Made by a program: the position numbers and the translations under genes | In this document: piece after piece, positions 49,270-62,241 of the stretch | Numbering within the stretch: the stretch's first letter is position 1 | Layout: each line of letters opens with the position of its first letter | Assembly: GCF_001194135.2 (NCBI RefSeq) | Contig: NC_068981.1 | Location: 97,842,139-97,905,260 of the forward strand | DNA: 63,122 bases | Direction of reading: 5' to 3' | From: Octopus bimaculoides | Lineage: Eukaryota | Notes under the pieces: generated by a model | Seen by the model: only the letters and a program-made list of their open reading frames with translations | Database searches by the model: none | What the model was told of the DNA's origin: nothing

Positions 49270-49710
49270 GAAAGCAACAGGTAGTTATATTGTGGTCACA
49301 AAGTTTGCTTCACATCCACATGCTTTCATGTTTGGTCCCACTGTGTGGCACCATGGGCAAGTGTCTTCTCCTGGAATCAGATATCTTACAAGTGGGATTG
49401 ATAGAGAGAAACTAGAAGAAGCTTGTTGTTCATGTGTGTGTATGCATGAATGAATGAATATTCCATTTTTGTTATTAATAGTATTTGAATGAAAAAATGG
49501 TGTCTGTGTTTACAATCTCCAGGAAGTAAAGGTCTCTTAAGTTTTAGCTTCCATTGGATCAGTGGAAGAGCATTGGATCAAGCAAGAGCCACTACTATAC
49601 TTGGAAAATGAGTAAAAGTTAGTAACAGAAATGACGCCCAGCTATAGAAACTTTGTCTCAATAAGTTTTGTCAACTCCATGCCAGCATGGAAAAGTAGAT
49701 GTAAAACTGA
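49270..49710 (+). mobile_element. SINE family B, highly diverged
   Basis: gtggcaccatgggcaagtgtcttct head remnant; catgccagcatggaaaagtagatgtaaa tail. Confidence 0.6.
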
Positions 49711-50139
49711 ACAGACCTAGCAGTGGAGTAGTCAAAGAAGCTGAGTGACTGACTATAAATGCCTTAAAGTATTTAGTTAGATTTCTATACATTCTATCAT
49801 ACTTGTCACTACCATCTACCCATCCAGTGTAAATTAGTACCAGTAGTGTATTAGGATTAATTGATGCTAATCTGCCCTTCCTCTACAAATTTATGATCTT
49901 GTGCCATTGTAAGAAATCAGTATTAAAAAATGTTCCTGTCAATTTACAAGGTTTTTAGAACCCATAATTGTTATTTTATTGTTAGGTATCTATGTGTCAA
50001 CATAGCAGTATTCAGTTAGTATCTTCTATTGCTAACAATTCCTACAGTAATTTCATGATAGCTAGTGATACAGTGGAATAATTAATGTATTGTTTAGTAA
50101 GTAAAGTGCAAAGTATACTGAGCAATAGTATTCTCCACT

Positions 50140-50400
50140 ATTGTGCAGGTTTGAGGCATGGATGATATACTAAGAACAGGTAAGAAAATTGTATACATTC
50201 ATGATGAGACTCCTGAGACAGATCATGCATGTCATATGGAAAAAAAAAATGATCAGGAAGACTACCATCATAGAGAAAGCCAAGCTTCCTAGCATGAAAG
50301 AAATATTGGTGCAATGAAACCTCTGCTGGCTTTGGAGTGTCTAAAGAATGGAAGAAACTCAATTATCAAGACAAAAGCACATAGCTGTTTGGTAGTACAA
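50140..50400 (+). mobile_element. RTE LINE ORF2 fragment
   Basis: FEAWMIY*EQVRKLYTFMMRLLRQIMHVIW...IIEKAKLPSMKEILVQ*NLCWLWSV*RMEETQLSRQ. Confidence 0.78.
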
Positions 50401-51893
50401 GAAATTCAGTTAGACTCTGAGGAGATTCAAGGATCTGGCTAAATGTAGCACAAGGTGATTGAACATCAATACCCACAACTAGACCAAAGTCACTGTGGTG
50501 ATTGATTCACTTCTTTACTGCCTTTGATGGTTGGTACAAGTCAGCTCCAATTAAGCAGATCTCTAATGCAAAGACAGCCAAGGAAAGCAATTATTCCATC
50601 CATGTTGTAGTCATGGCCATCTCATGTTCATTGTGAGCTTACTATCCTAATATTTAGGAATTAAAAACATGTAGTCCTCAAAAGACATTGGAGAGTTTCT
50701 TGAGGGAAACTTTTCTGCTACACCGAGCAGATCAACCAATGATTCACCTATGATAGGACTCTAGGTTTTTGTATGCAATATTCTCAAAAGATCTGGTACT
50801 TATTTATTGGACACCTACTATTGAGCTGAACCTCATTAACAATCTATCAGTGTCTTAATTTGCATCATTTTATAGAAAATAGTGTATAAATAGTGGATGA
50901 GGCTAGATAGAGGGTGTATGTATGTGTGTGTGTGTGTCTGTGTCTGTGTATCTGTCTGTCTGTCTGTCTGTACGTGTGTACATGCATAGGATTTTCAAAT
51001 GGCTTTGGGTTTATTCTTTAATGTGTTCTTTGTTGAAATTCTGTCATGGTTTGCTTTGCATTTCATTCCCTCAGGATTGATAAAATAAGTACCAGTCATT
51101 TACTACGATCAGTTCAATCAACTATACTCCTCCACAGCAAAGTTATGGTCTTAGCAATGTTAAAATTGAACAGTGGTCAGATAAGAATAGCTGGCTTAAA
51201 GAGTTACTGCTGGGTGGACCAGTTATATGTACACACACTCAGCACCACAGCAATAATTATAGCTATAGTTGTTGGGTTAAAGAAATTTTGAAGAGTTTTC
51301 AGAGAGAACGGTTTGTGGGAGAACCAAAGGTGATGAAATCAATAGAATGTTGAGTACCAGTCTCAGGATCAGAATTCTGTATATTGTCACCAGTGTTGTA
51401 CTATGTATGTAGCCAGCATATGCTGAGCCAATAAAGGAACCTTCTCATGATCACTTGACCTGCTACAGATAGCTGCCAAATCTCATCAAATCTCACCATC
51501 TTAAAAAAGGAAGGACACATTGACTACTGTAGTCCTTGTCACCATTGGTTTTGTGTTTACTTTTTCATGCTGGCATGTGAAAGACAGGACATTTTGAGCC
51601 AAAGTTTTACAGCTGGTTACTCTTCCTGACACTAACTCTTTTAACCACTTCTGACAGTACTCAATAACACAGTGTACCTATCTAAAAACTAGGACACACA
51701 CTCATAGATATAGAAAAAAAATCATGAAATGGTTACAATTGCACTGACTTTAAGAATACATAGGTCTATTTGACCAAGAACAACCCAAGGTTAAGCAACA
51801 ATTGCTGTACTATTGTAAGAAATCTATCTCTTTCACCTATTCATGATTAACATAAAGAAAATTTCATACATATAAAGAGTAAACTTTAGCTTA

Positions 51894-52089
51894 GTTAAAA
51901 TATATTTGTGATATATTTTAACTTCTAAAGGCAAATTCACTGCAGTTATCAGGGACAAAAAAAATTCTCTCTGATGGTAAAAGGTGTAAAAACACCATAT
52001 CTGCCCAATAAAAACACATTTTTTTTCTCCACAGTAATTGCAGTGAATTTGCCTTTAGAAGTTAAAATATGTCACAAGCATATCTTAAC
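51894..52089. mobile_element. Fold-back MITE, about 55-bp arms
   Basis: ttttaacttctaaaggcaaattcactgca in the left arm has an exact reverse complement in the right arm (52034-52089). Confidence 0.75.
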
Positions 52090-52701
52090 ATAAAGTCCAT
52101 GTATTCCTAATTACTGTTTGGCACTGATGCCATTATACAAAAAGTATCACTATATCAATAAATTCCTTAGCCCCTAAACAGCTATTGTACATTACCCAAT
52201 TACAGCTTACCCACTTTTGCTTTGGCCAGACTGAAGAAGATGCCTTATGTTCAGACTACTCAGTGTGGTTTTCAACTAGGCAGAACATTGTATATTGTAG
52301 ATCACTGGATCTGTATATTACATCTGGTCTTCCGGCAGGCTACTTACAGGTCATAGGTGTGCCCAGTACCCTGGTTAAAGGCCTTTTCTAACCAGATGTT
52401 TTATGGACATTGCATACCTCCTTGATACACTCCACAGACTAATGCCAACTCTCTCATTCATGTCCTTCACACAAGTATGGAGGCACATGGCAAATACTCC
52501 TGGTCACTGAGTGGCATCGTACCACAAACTGGTCTAAATGACTAGTTTCTTCCTAACATCCACTGAAAAGACTAACATAACAGCCATACAACAACAGCAA
52601 TTACTACTTCTAGTACTACCATTATAATATCTGATGCACAACACACACTCAGCAAGAACAGCAACACACACACATTGCACTGCACTATACATACACTACG
52701 G

Positions 52702-52985
52702 CAGGGGTTTTCAAACTTTTTGACTTGCGGACCCCTTTATATTTCAGGTTTTACCCTTATAAACGCTTATGAAATTTATACATAAATATTTGCTTAAATT
52801 AACATATTTTTACATTTATTTATTTAACAGTATTTAACAAATAGGTTTATTGTCAATTAAAAGATTTCAATTAAAAACCATATATAAAATCAAATTGCTC
52901 ATAAAAAGTATTTGCTGTTCACGGACCCCTTGTCTTGTCCTTGCGGACCCCCTGTGGTCCGCAGACCACAGTTTGAAAACCCCTG
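52702..52985. mobile_element. hAT-type MITE
   Basis: Perfect 16-bp TIR caggggttttcaaact / agtttgaaaacccctg; subterminal gcggacccc repeats; 8-bp TSD cactacgg / ctctacag (6/8). Confidence 0.88.
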
Positions 52986-54342
52986 CTCTACAGTATACAC
53001 CAGATACAATTAGACACACTTCTCTTGATGCTTACATGCTTTACATTGCACACATATACACACATCACAACATACAAAATACTTACAACAAAACGCACCA
53101 AATACATTACATTAAATACAGTACAACATGCTAAATACACCACAATTATACATTCAGCACTACTTTGAAAAATTTAAACAAAATAATATAAACACAAGAC
53201 TATTACATAATTCTTCATTTAGATGGACTTACACACATATACACACATTTTTTTTTTCATTCTTTCCTTCCTTTCTTCACTATTTACTTCAGAACCTTCA
53301 TGGCTACATCCCAATCTGTCATGCTAGCCTCCACATCACGTTGTCTACTATGTAGACCACCACATGATTCCATCATGTTGGCAACCATATTACCATATTA
53401 CTCCCCTCCACCAACCTAGCCACTACTACATAACTAAAGCATTAACTCTTTTCCTGTAACTATACACATTAAGATTGTCATGCTAGCCACCACATCATCA
53501 CTCCCCCCCCNNNNNNNNNNNNNNNNNNNNNNNNNNNNNNNNNNNNNNNNNNNNNNNNNNNNNNNNNNNNNNNNNNNNNNNNNNNNNNNNNNNNNNNNNN
53601 NNNNNNNNNNNNNNNNNNNNNNNNNNNNNNNNNNNNNNNNNNNNNNNNNNNNNNNNNNNNNNNNNNNNNNNNNNNNNNNNNNNNNNNNNNNNNNNNNNNN
53701 NNNNNNNNNNNNNNNNNNNNNNNNNNNNNNNNNNNNNNNNNNNNNNNNNNNNNNNNNNNNNNNNNNNNNNNNNNNNNNNNNNNNNNNNNNNNNNNNNNNN
53801 NNNNNNNNNNNNNNNNNNNNNNNNNNNNNNNNNNNNNNNNNNNNNNNNNNNNNNNNNNNNNNNNNNNNNNNNNNNNNNNNNNNNNNNNNNNNNNNNNNNN
53901 NNNNNNNNNNNNNNNNNNNNNNNNNNNNNNNNNNNNNNNNNNNNNNNNNNNNNNNNNNNNNNNNNNNNNNNNNNNNNNNNNNNNNNNNNNNNNNNNNNNN
54001 NNNNNNNNNNNNNNNNNNNNNNNNNNNNNNNNNNNNNNNNNNNNNNNNNNNNNNNNNNNNNNNNNNNNNNNNNNNNNNNNNNNNNNNNNNNNNNNNNNNN
54101 NNNNNNNNNNNNNNNNNNNNNNNNNNNNNNNNNNNNNNNNNNNNNNNNNNNNNNNNNNNNNNNNNNNNNNNNNNNNNNNNNNNNNNNNNNNNNNNNNNNN
54201 NNNNNNNNNNNNNNNNNNNNNNNNNNNNNNNNNNNNNNNNNNNNNNNNNNNNNNNNNNNNNNNNNNNNNNNNNNNNNNNNNNNNNNNNNNNNNNNNNNNN
54301 NNNNNNNNNNNNNNNNNNNNNNNNNNNNNNNNNNNNNNNNNN

Positions 54343-56090
54343 CATCACCACCACCACCACCACCACCATCAAAACCTTCATCCCTGCCATTATTATCACA
54401 CCACTAAACAACAGTAACAACAGCACTGACTCACCCATCACCAACACCACATTGCTACCACCACCAATAGCTATACTACAACCACCACTATCAGCAACAC
54501 CACTACCACCACCACCACCACCACCACCACCAACATCAGCACTACCATCTCTAACAACAGCACTCATCACCAACAATACCACCACAACAAGCCAACGACT
54601 TGCTTGAAATAGCAGCCAGTGTAGTCCTCTACTCACTGTTTCAGAATAATAGATAAGTGGGCCCAGCTGGAGTGTCTTTAATCTTGGATCTGCTTGATCA
54701 GAGTTGACCTGGGGCTAAACAGTGCTAACTACAACAACAACAGTGTCATCATTAACAAATACTTACTGTCACTGCCACACAAAAAAAATAAATAAATGAA
54801 TATATAAAAAATAGCAATCACCAACGAAAGAATCTACTGCTTCAACAACATCAATAACACAACACTATGGAAGACCACAACCATACAGCACTATCAGGGA
54901 CCAACAACAACACTATCAATGATATAGTATTATCAATGACTACAGTCATATAGCACTTTCAAGGACCACAATCATACTTATTGCATCAAAGACCATAACA
55001 CAATATTATCAACAATATCAACAGCACAGGAGTGGCTGTGTGGTAAGTAGCTTGCTTACCAACCACATGGTTCCGGGTTCATTCCCACTGCGTGGCACCT
55101 TGGGCAAGTGTCTTCTACTATAGCCTCGGGCCGACCAAAGCCTTGTGAGTGGATTTGGTAGACGGAAACTGAAAGAAGCCCGTCGTATATATGTATATAT
55201 ATATATATATGTATGCGTGTGTATATGTTTGTGTGTCTGTGTTTGTCCCCCCAACATCGCTTGACAACCGATGCTGGTGTGTTTACGTCTCCGTAACCTA
55301 GTGGTTCGGCAAAAGAGACTGATAGAATAAGTACTAGGCTTCCAAAGAATAAGTCCTGGGGGTCGATTTGCTCGACTAAAAGGCGGTGCTCCAGCATGGC
55401 CACAGCCAAGTGACTGAAACAAGTAAAAGAGTAAAAGAGCACCAGCAACGATCATAAACCATACAATGCTACACTATCAACAACACAGCAACAGAATGCC
55501 TTCAGTGATATCGACAATACAACACTATTAATGATATCAGCTCAACACTATCACTGACATTAACAGCACTAGCAATGGTCAGAACTATACAACACTATCA
55601 GCAACACAACAACACTATCAATGATATCAATGATACCTCCTCGTCTTCGTCATCCTTTAACATCTGTTTTCCCTGCTAGCATAGATCGGACAGCTTGACC
55701 AGAGTTGGCAAGCTGGAGCGCTGCACCAGATTCCAGTCTGTTTCTACAGCTGGATGCCCTTCCTAATGACAATCACTATCAATGACTACAACCATACAGT
55801 TCTATGAAGACAGAACATCATCAGTGATATCATTAACACAACTCTATCAACACTATCAAAGACCATAACACAATACTATTAAAGGCCAAAATACTATGAA
55901 AGACACAACACTGTCAAGAACCTCAACCATACAACACTATCAAACAATAGAACAACAACACTATCAGTGATATCAACACTATTGTCAACAGGAACAAAAA
56001 GACAACATTCGGCAACATCAACAATACATCATTATCAATGACACTAACAATACATGATTAACAACACCAGCTTCACAACACTGTCAGAGG
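54343..56090 (+). repeat. (CAC)n tract, then degenerate (ACAACACTATCA)-like cryptic minisatellite interrupted by SINEs
   Basis: acactatca recurs many times from 54830 to 56050. Confidence 0.8.
55023..55439 (+). mobile_element. SINE family A, full length, young
   Basis: Retains most CpGs; (GTAAAAGA)n tail. Confidence 0.92.
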
Positions 56091-57249
56091 CCACCACTAC
56101 AAGTTGATGAAGGAGCCTCTAAACAGTTACTTGATTTACTTAAAACAGCAACCAAATTCCCTCACTTCAATGCCTATTGTTTTAAAAAGAGGACACATTA
56201 ACTCATGTAGTCTTAGTTGTACAAAAAGATGGGATGGCAGCATCTAAAATGCTTTGGATCACAGGTCTACCCAACCAGGGTTAATCTGGGATTAAGCAGT
56301 TTTATGAAACTAATGCATTGCATTTTAAAAGAAAGGAAGAGAAATCAATGTTTGGAATAGTTGTCATCCTTTGTCAAGATAGACAGAAAGAGAAATGAAG
56401 AAAAGAAAATGTATCTAAGACAGGTGAAAGCAAAATTGCATTATTAAGAATGTAGTCAGGGATTGATAGTGGACAGGAAGTACATAAAATCAATAGTTTA
56501 TCAATAGTCTCCAGCAATATAGGATGAACCAAATGAAGGGCTAATGCCAGAAGTAACTGGGTGGAATTGTAAATTTTGTATGTGTGAGTATACATTTGTG
56601 TGTAACAATAGGTGGAGGATTAAGTATGTGAAAGTTTTATATGACTGTATTATGTGTGTGTGTGTTTATGTTTGCTTATTTGAACAGAGTGTGTTTGAGT
56701 GTATCTTGTTTATTCGTCTTAATGAGATCCTCAGTGATAGTGAGGACTAGCATTTGAAATAACCGTAAGGGTTTTAATTGTATGTGGTTCGTGTTTTGGA
56801 ACAGGACGGTATGGTGCAATAATGTTATCTACGATTTTTGTACAATTACTGGCAGTGCTACAGCATGGTCACAGCTTTTGGGCTGAAACATATAAAAAAA
56901 TAATTAAAAGGAGAAATCACTTGAAATATGTATTTATGTTTAAGAGAGGTTTTGTGTGAATGTGTGTGTGTGTGGAAGTATGTGAGAAATTGTAGTGAGT
57001 TTGTGTGGAAGTAGGGAATGAAGTATGTGTGTGTGGAGTGCTTGTGAAGGGGGTTTTGTCCATGTAATTAGTGGGTTGTTTTGAAGAAACAAAATTGGTT
57101 GTTGATACCAAATGAAGCAGAAGTATTTAAGCAGAAGATGGATTGTTGTCTATGGCTGAGACAAGAGTGCTGTAGAGAATTAAAGTAATGGACAACAGGT
57201 TTCTATAATCCAGTGCTGATATGCTGGACAATCGTTTAGCCTAAAACCA

Positions 57250-58400
57250 GTTTTACTTATATTCAATAAGCCAGGATTGACCCACGATGCAACGAACTGA
57301 ATAGGAGCCAGCTTAACCCCCTCCTGGGTGAATGCCATTACAAGACAGGCAGACAATAAGCCAGAATTGACATTTTAAAGCAGCAGATGGCTTAGATGAA
57401 GCAATCCATGATATGGAAGGTAGAACTATGTCTACATAGGCTAGTGATGTTCTGAACAAAGGAACATGGATTACAGTTAGAGTGGTAGCACAAGAAAGGA
57501 TTCTAATTGGGTGTGATGAACGATGAAGAAAACACAAACCAGGAGGTTGCCCAAGTTGCAGAGTAGATTCTGAAGGAAGAGAGATATTCAGAAAAGATCT
57601 GGAGGGATGGCAGTTGTGCAGGATGGTGCACTGCAGATGTTGGGTGGTGGGATGGAACATGGGGAGGAAGGGAAGTCAGAGATGTGATGGTTATGAAGTG
57701 GAAGCATAGAGATAGGATCAGTAATGAAGGCATAATGGCTAACAGCATCGACAGCTGATTAGAGGCATTTATGTTGTAGAAAGAAATGAACAATTTGGTA
57801 AGATTTTACCTCAATCAAAGTTTTAGCTGCAGAGCTAGTGGAGACAGAGAAATTGTGAGGTAAGAGTGGGAATTGATAGATTTGTAAAAAAAGATGAAAT
57901 TGGGGAGTTTAGTGTAGTTAATAGAGCCAAAGTTGTGTTAACAGAGATGGTGGATTTGAAATCTAGAGAAGGGTGCAAGGAATTAACAACAACATAATCA
58001 AAGTGTTGAATTGTTTACAAGTAAAGGAGGTGACACCCATACATCCATCAATGTAATGATATAACACTGGAGGATGTAACAGGGAGTGGGAGAGATCTGG
58101 GCCCCTGGGTAACTAACAAACAGTTTAGCATGGCTAGAATCTATCCTGAAACCTATGGCCGTCTGGTAATCTACTGAGAGTAATACTTGGAAAAGAAGTT
58201 GACAGTGAGGACAAGGTCAGTGAAACAGTAGAGATTGGGAGTGCTGGACTCAAGCATAATGCAATAGTCCCAGAAGAAATTAAGGGCTTTCACTCCATTA
58301 TCAGTGGGGGGACCTGGTAGACTGGTAGGTAAAGGTGAGTGTAGATGAAATGGGTGAGGGGGACATTCTGAACTGTCCTGTCTGGGGTTTAATCCTGGCC
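57250..58400 (-). mobile_element. Penelope-like element (Neptune/Poseidon type) RT plus GIY-YIG remnant
   Basis: Frameshifted minus-strand peptides in the expected order: DNGVKALNFFWD...DLVLTVNFF, TAIGFRIDSSHAKLFVSY, HYIDGCMG, VVNSLHPSLDFKSTIS, YKSINSHSYL, FHPTTQHLQCTILHN, KCQFWLIVCLSC. Confidence 0.78.
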
Positions 58401-58902
58401 AGGATGAGAGAAGGAGACGAGAGTCTTTTTATTTTTTTTTTTCGTTTATACAAAAATGTTAAAAGATATATTTCTAGATAGAGATTGAAACCTCTACTGT
58501 CATACAATGTTATTGGTTAAATTACTAACACCTTTACCTATTAGGCCATCAAACCAACACCTGAGAAACAACTTAAAAATTAGATATTTAAATCTATTTC
58601 TATTATTGATTTAATGCTGTGNNNNNNNNNNCAGTAGAGATTGGGAGTGCTGGACTCAAGCATAATGCAATAGTCCCAGAAGAAATTAAGGGCTTTCACT
58701 CCATTATCAGTGGGGGGACCTGGTAGACTGGTAGGTAAAGGTGAGTGTAGATGAAATGGGTGAGGGGGACATTCTGAACTGTCCTGTCTGGGGTTTAATC
58801 CTGGCCAGGATGAGAGAAGGAGACGAGAGTCTTTTTATTTTTTTTTTTCGTTTATACAAAAATGTTAAAAGATATATTTCTAGATAGAGATTGAAACCTC
58901 TA
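58226..58902 (+). other. 271-bp apparently identical duplication (58226-58496 / 58632-58902) across a 10-N gap; probable assembly overlap
   Basis: The second copy starts exactly at the gap edge. Confidence 0.8.
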
Positions 58903-59367
58903 TCATCTTGCAATGCTATTGAACTAATTATAAATACCTTTATTCAGAAGGTCGTCTCTGCAGCAACAAGAACAAGCTTAAAAATGGGATATTTATTTAA
59001 ATCTATTCTCAATAATGATCTGATGCTGTGTTAGATTTAAATATCTCATTTTTTACTGAACCTAGAAGTGGGAGACCCAGTAAACCAGTGGGTTAATGGC
59101 ATGGTGAGGCAGAACAACAGCTAAGATGCGAGATTCTGTCCATGGTTCAATAATGCACAATATTATCCAACTCTCTCTTTCTTGGTCTATACATATATAC
59201 ATATATATACATGCATATATACACACATGTATACATGCATATATATTCCAATATATATATATATATATACACACATATGTATATACACACACATGCACAT
59301 ATGTATATACAAATATATACACATATGTATATATGTATGTGCACATATATACACATATATGTATATA

Positions 59368-59460
59368 ATCGAAGTAGTCAGAATATGTGACAGAGTACTT
59401 AAGATTAGGCTAGTGCTTCATCATAGGTTAGCTACCGTCATCTCAGCCTATGCCCCTCAA
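59368..59460 (+). mobile_element. RTE LINE APE-endonuclease fragment embedded in microsatellite
   Basis: IEVVRICDRVLKIRLVLHHRLATVISAYAPQ; SAYAPQ is the RTE APE motif. Confidence 0.8.
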
Positions 59461-59639
59461 CATACATACATGCATACATATATATATATATACATACATA
59501 CATACATATATAAATATATATTCAACTTACAAACAATATCTTACAATACATCTCAATGCTTCTAAAAAAAAAGAACAAACTTTGTTTACTTTCATCGTAA
59601 AGTTGAANNNNNNNNNNTATATATATATATATATATATG

Positions 59640-59935
59640 AAAGTGAGTTTGGAGGGATATATTATCCAGGTGGATGCTGTATTAGCTCTCAGTTAAGTTC
59701 CAGCGAATGGTTAACCACAACGGCCAGTATCAAACGTCCGTGACTACATTTAGTTGTGAATCATTCCGTGAATTCTTCTGATTGATGACCAAATGGACAG
59801 ATCTTGATGAAGCTGCACTGACAATATTGCAAGGTTGCATTTGCAACAGTGAATAGTTACTGCAGCGGAAACACATGTCGGTCATTATAATATGCTGTAT
59901 ATATCTATAAAATAGATTTTGTGATTCTGTGGATG
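59640..59935 (+). mobile_element. Possible Cys-rich C-terminal fragment of an unclassified DNA transposase
   Basis: KWTDLDEAALTILQGCICNS...YCSGNTC resembles the WT.L.EA...C...C.C tails of invertebrate transposases; bounded by gaps. Confidence 0.35.
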
Positions 59936-61122
59936 TACANNNNNNNNNNNNNNNNNNNNNNNNNNNNNNNNNNNNNNNNNNNNNNNNNNNNNNNNNNNNN
60001 NNNNNNNNNNNNNNNNNNNNNNNNNNNNNNNNNNNNNNNNNNNNNNNNNNNNNNNNNNNNNNNNNNNNNNNNNNNNNNNNNNNNNNNNNNNNNNNNNNNN
60101 NNNNNNNNNNNNNNNNNNNNNNNNNNNNNNNNNNNNNNNNNNNNNNNNNNNNNNNNNNNNNNNNNNNNNNNNNNNNNNNNNNNNNNNNNNNNNNNNNNNN
60201 NNNNNNNNNNNNNNNNNNNNNNNNNNNNNNNNNNNNNNNNNNNNNNNNNNNNNNNNNNNNNNNNNNNNNNNNNNNNNNNNNNNNNNNNNNNNNNNNNNNN
60301 NNNNNNNNNNNNNNNNNNNNNNNNNNNNNNNNNNNNNNNNNNNNNNNNNNNNNNNNNNNNNNNNNNNNNNNNNNNNNNNNNNNNNNNNNNNNNNNNNNNN
60401 NNNNNNNNNNNNNNNNNNNNNNNNNNNNNNNNNNNNNNNNNNNNNNNNNNNNNNNNNNNNNNNNNNNNNNNNNNNNNNNNNNNNNNNNNNNNNNNNNNNN
60501 NNNNNNNNNNNNNNNNNNNNNNNNNNNNNNNNNNNNNNNNNNNNNNNNNNNNNNNNNNNNNNNNNNNNNNNNNNNNNNNNNNNNNNNNNNNNNNNNNNNN
60601 NNNNNNNNNNNNNNNNNNNNNNNNNNNNNNNNNNNNNNNNNNNNNNNNNNNNNNNNNNNNNNNNNNNNNNNNNNNNNNNNNNNNNNNNNNNNNNNNNNNN
60701 NNNNNNNNNNNNNNNNNNNNNNNNNNNNNNNNNNNNNNNNNNNNNNNNNNNNNNNNNNNNNNNNNNNNNNNNNNNNNNNNNNNNNNNNNNNNNNNNNNNN
60801 NNNNNNNNNNNNNNNNNNNNNNNNNNNNNNNNNNNNNNNNNNNNNNNNNNNNNNNNNNNNNNNNNNNNNNNNNNNNNNNNNNNNNNNNNNNNNNNNNNNN
60901 NNNNNNAACTTATTATATTTCTAAATTTGGGGCAGAGAACATAGATGGTCCATTCTATAGGAAACACTCAGGCCGGGTTTTCTGTCGGAGGACCACTGCC
61001 GTCTCCCTTTTCCCCACTACTTTCAAAAGCCATGAAAAACCCAAGAGTGTTGCCCTTCCTTTTCTGACTAAACCACAGAGCTTAACACCAACAAGAATTT
61101 CTCTCTCTCACTCTCTCTCTCT

Positions 61123-61465
61123 GGGCAGCAAGCTGGCAGAACCATTAGCATGCTGGACAAAATGCTTAGTGGCATATCGTGTCTTTACATTCTGAGTTCA
61201 AATCTTGTCAAAGTCAGCTTTGCCTTTCATCCTTTTGGGGCCACTAAAATAAGTACCAGTTGAGCACTGGGGACAATGTAATCAACTTACCCCACTTCCC
61301 AACAATCTCAGGTCTTGTATGCCTATAATAGAAAAAATTATTATTACCACCACTTCTACTACTGTTATTATTATTATTAAGGCAGCAAGCTGGCAGAATC
61401 GTTAGCAGGCTGGATGAAATGCTTTGCGATATTTTGTCTGTCACTACATTCTGAGTTCAAATGCC
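61123..61465 (+). mobile_element. SINE family D copy plus a second head
   Basis: ggcagcaagctggcagaa at 61124 and 61381. Confidence 0.8.
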
Positions 61466-61604
61466 ACTGCACCATTCCTATTACTACCACTACTACAATT
61501 ACTATACTTACCACCCTTGTTACTATCACTTGCAAGCCAATAAGAAAGGTCAACCTACCAATTTTCCACCTAGTATAGCTGTCATTAAAAAAAAAAAAAA
61601 TTAA

Positions 61605-61824
61605 CCCTTTAGCATTTAAACCAGCCATACCTAGTCAAATAATTCTACCTGTTTTATGTTCAAACTAACTAGATCTAGCCCCTCCCATCAATCCTATAAG
61701 GTCATTCTAAAAATAAACAACCATATCATCAAATTCTCGAAACAACAAAATAATGCTTGATTAATTTCAAACGACATGAATTAATAAGTATTATTTTTGA
61801 CAGAATAATCTGATTGCTAAAGGG
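61605..61824. mobile_element. piggyBac-type MITE, full length (partial relatives near 8960-9062, 17583-17807, 24300-24403, 62446-62630)
   Basis: TTAA|ccctttagca ... tgctaaaggg|TTAA: perfect 10-bp TIR with TTAA target duplication. Confidence 0.88.
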
Positions 61825-62179
61825 TTAAAGGACACATTAGAGACCCTTAAAAAACAGGACGGTCATGACTGGAATGCTTTTGATCACAGACCTGCTTGAT
61901 TGGTATTGACTAGAGGCCAAACAACTATTTCTGTCATCATCACAGCTGTTACTACTACTACTACTACTATCACCACCACCACATCTACCACCACTACTAT
62001 AATTATCATCATCACTGCTATTACATCTTCGTGCCCCCACAAAAGAAGGTGCAAGAGTTGACAATTTCCAGAGTAAACTGCCACAATTCCATCTTGGTTT
62101 TCTTTCACAATTCTTCCCTGTTGCTTCTCTATTAATTCCACATAGTTCCACTAAAGTCTTGCTTTCAACTTTTTTTCAG

Positions 62180-62241
62180 ACACAACATTGACAGGAATAT
62201 GATTACTGACCCTGAAAATTGTATTCAAGCAGTTAATATGA
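62180..62241 (+). CDS. ERAL1: ERAL1 internal exon: (K)HNIDRNMITDPENCIQAVNM
   Basis: Acceptor ctttttttcag, donor gtaagt; 62 nt, phase 2/1, compatible with the preceding exon. Resembles ERAL1 [21 protein letters not shown] (H...DP pattern). Confidence 0.88.

Noticed and set aside
50147-50195. Exon-like cag|GTTTGAGG...AACAG|gtaaga on the + strand
   Set aside because: Lies within an RTE ORF2 remnant and does not fit the ERAL1 frame.
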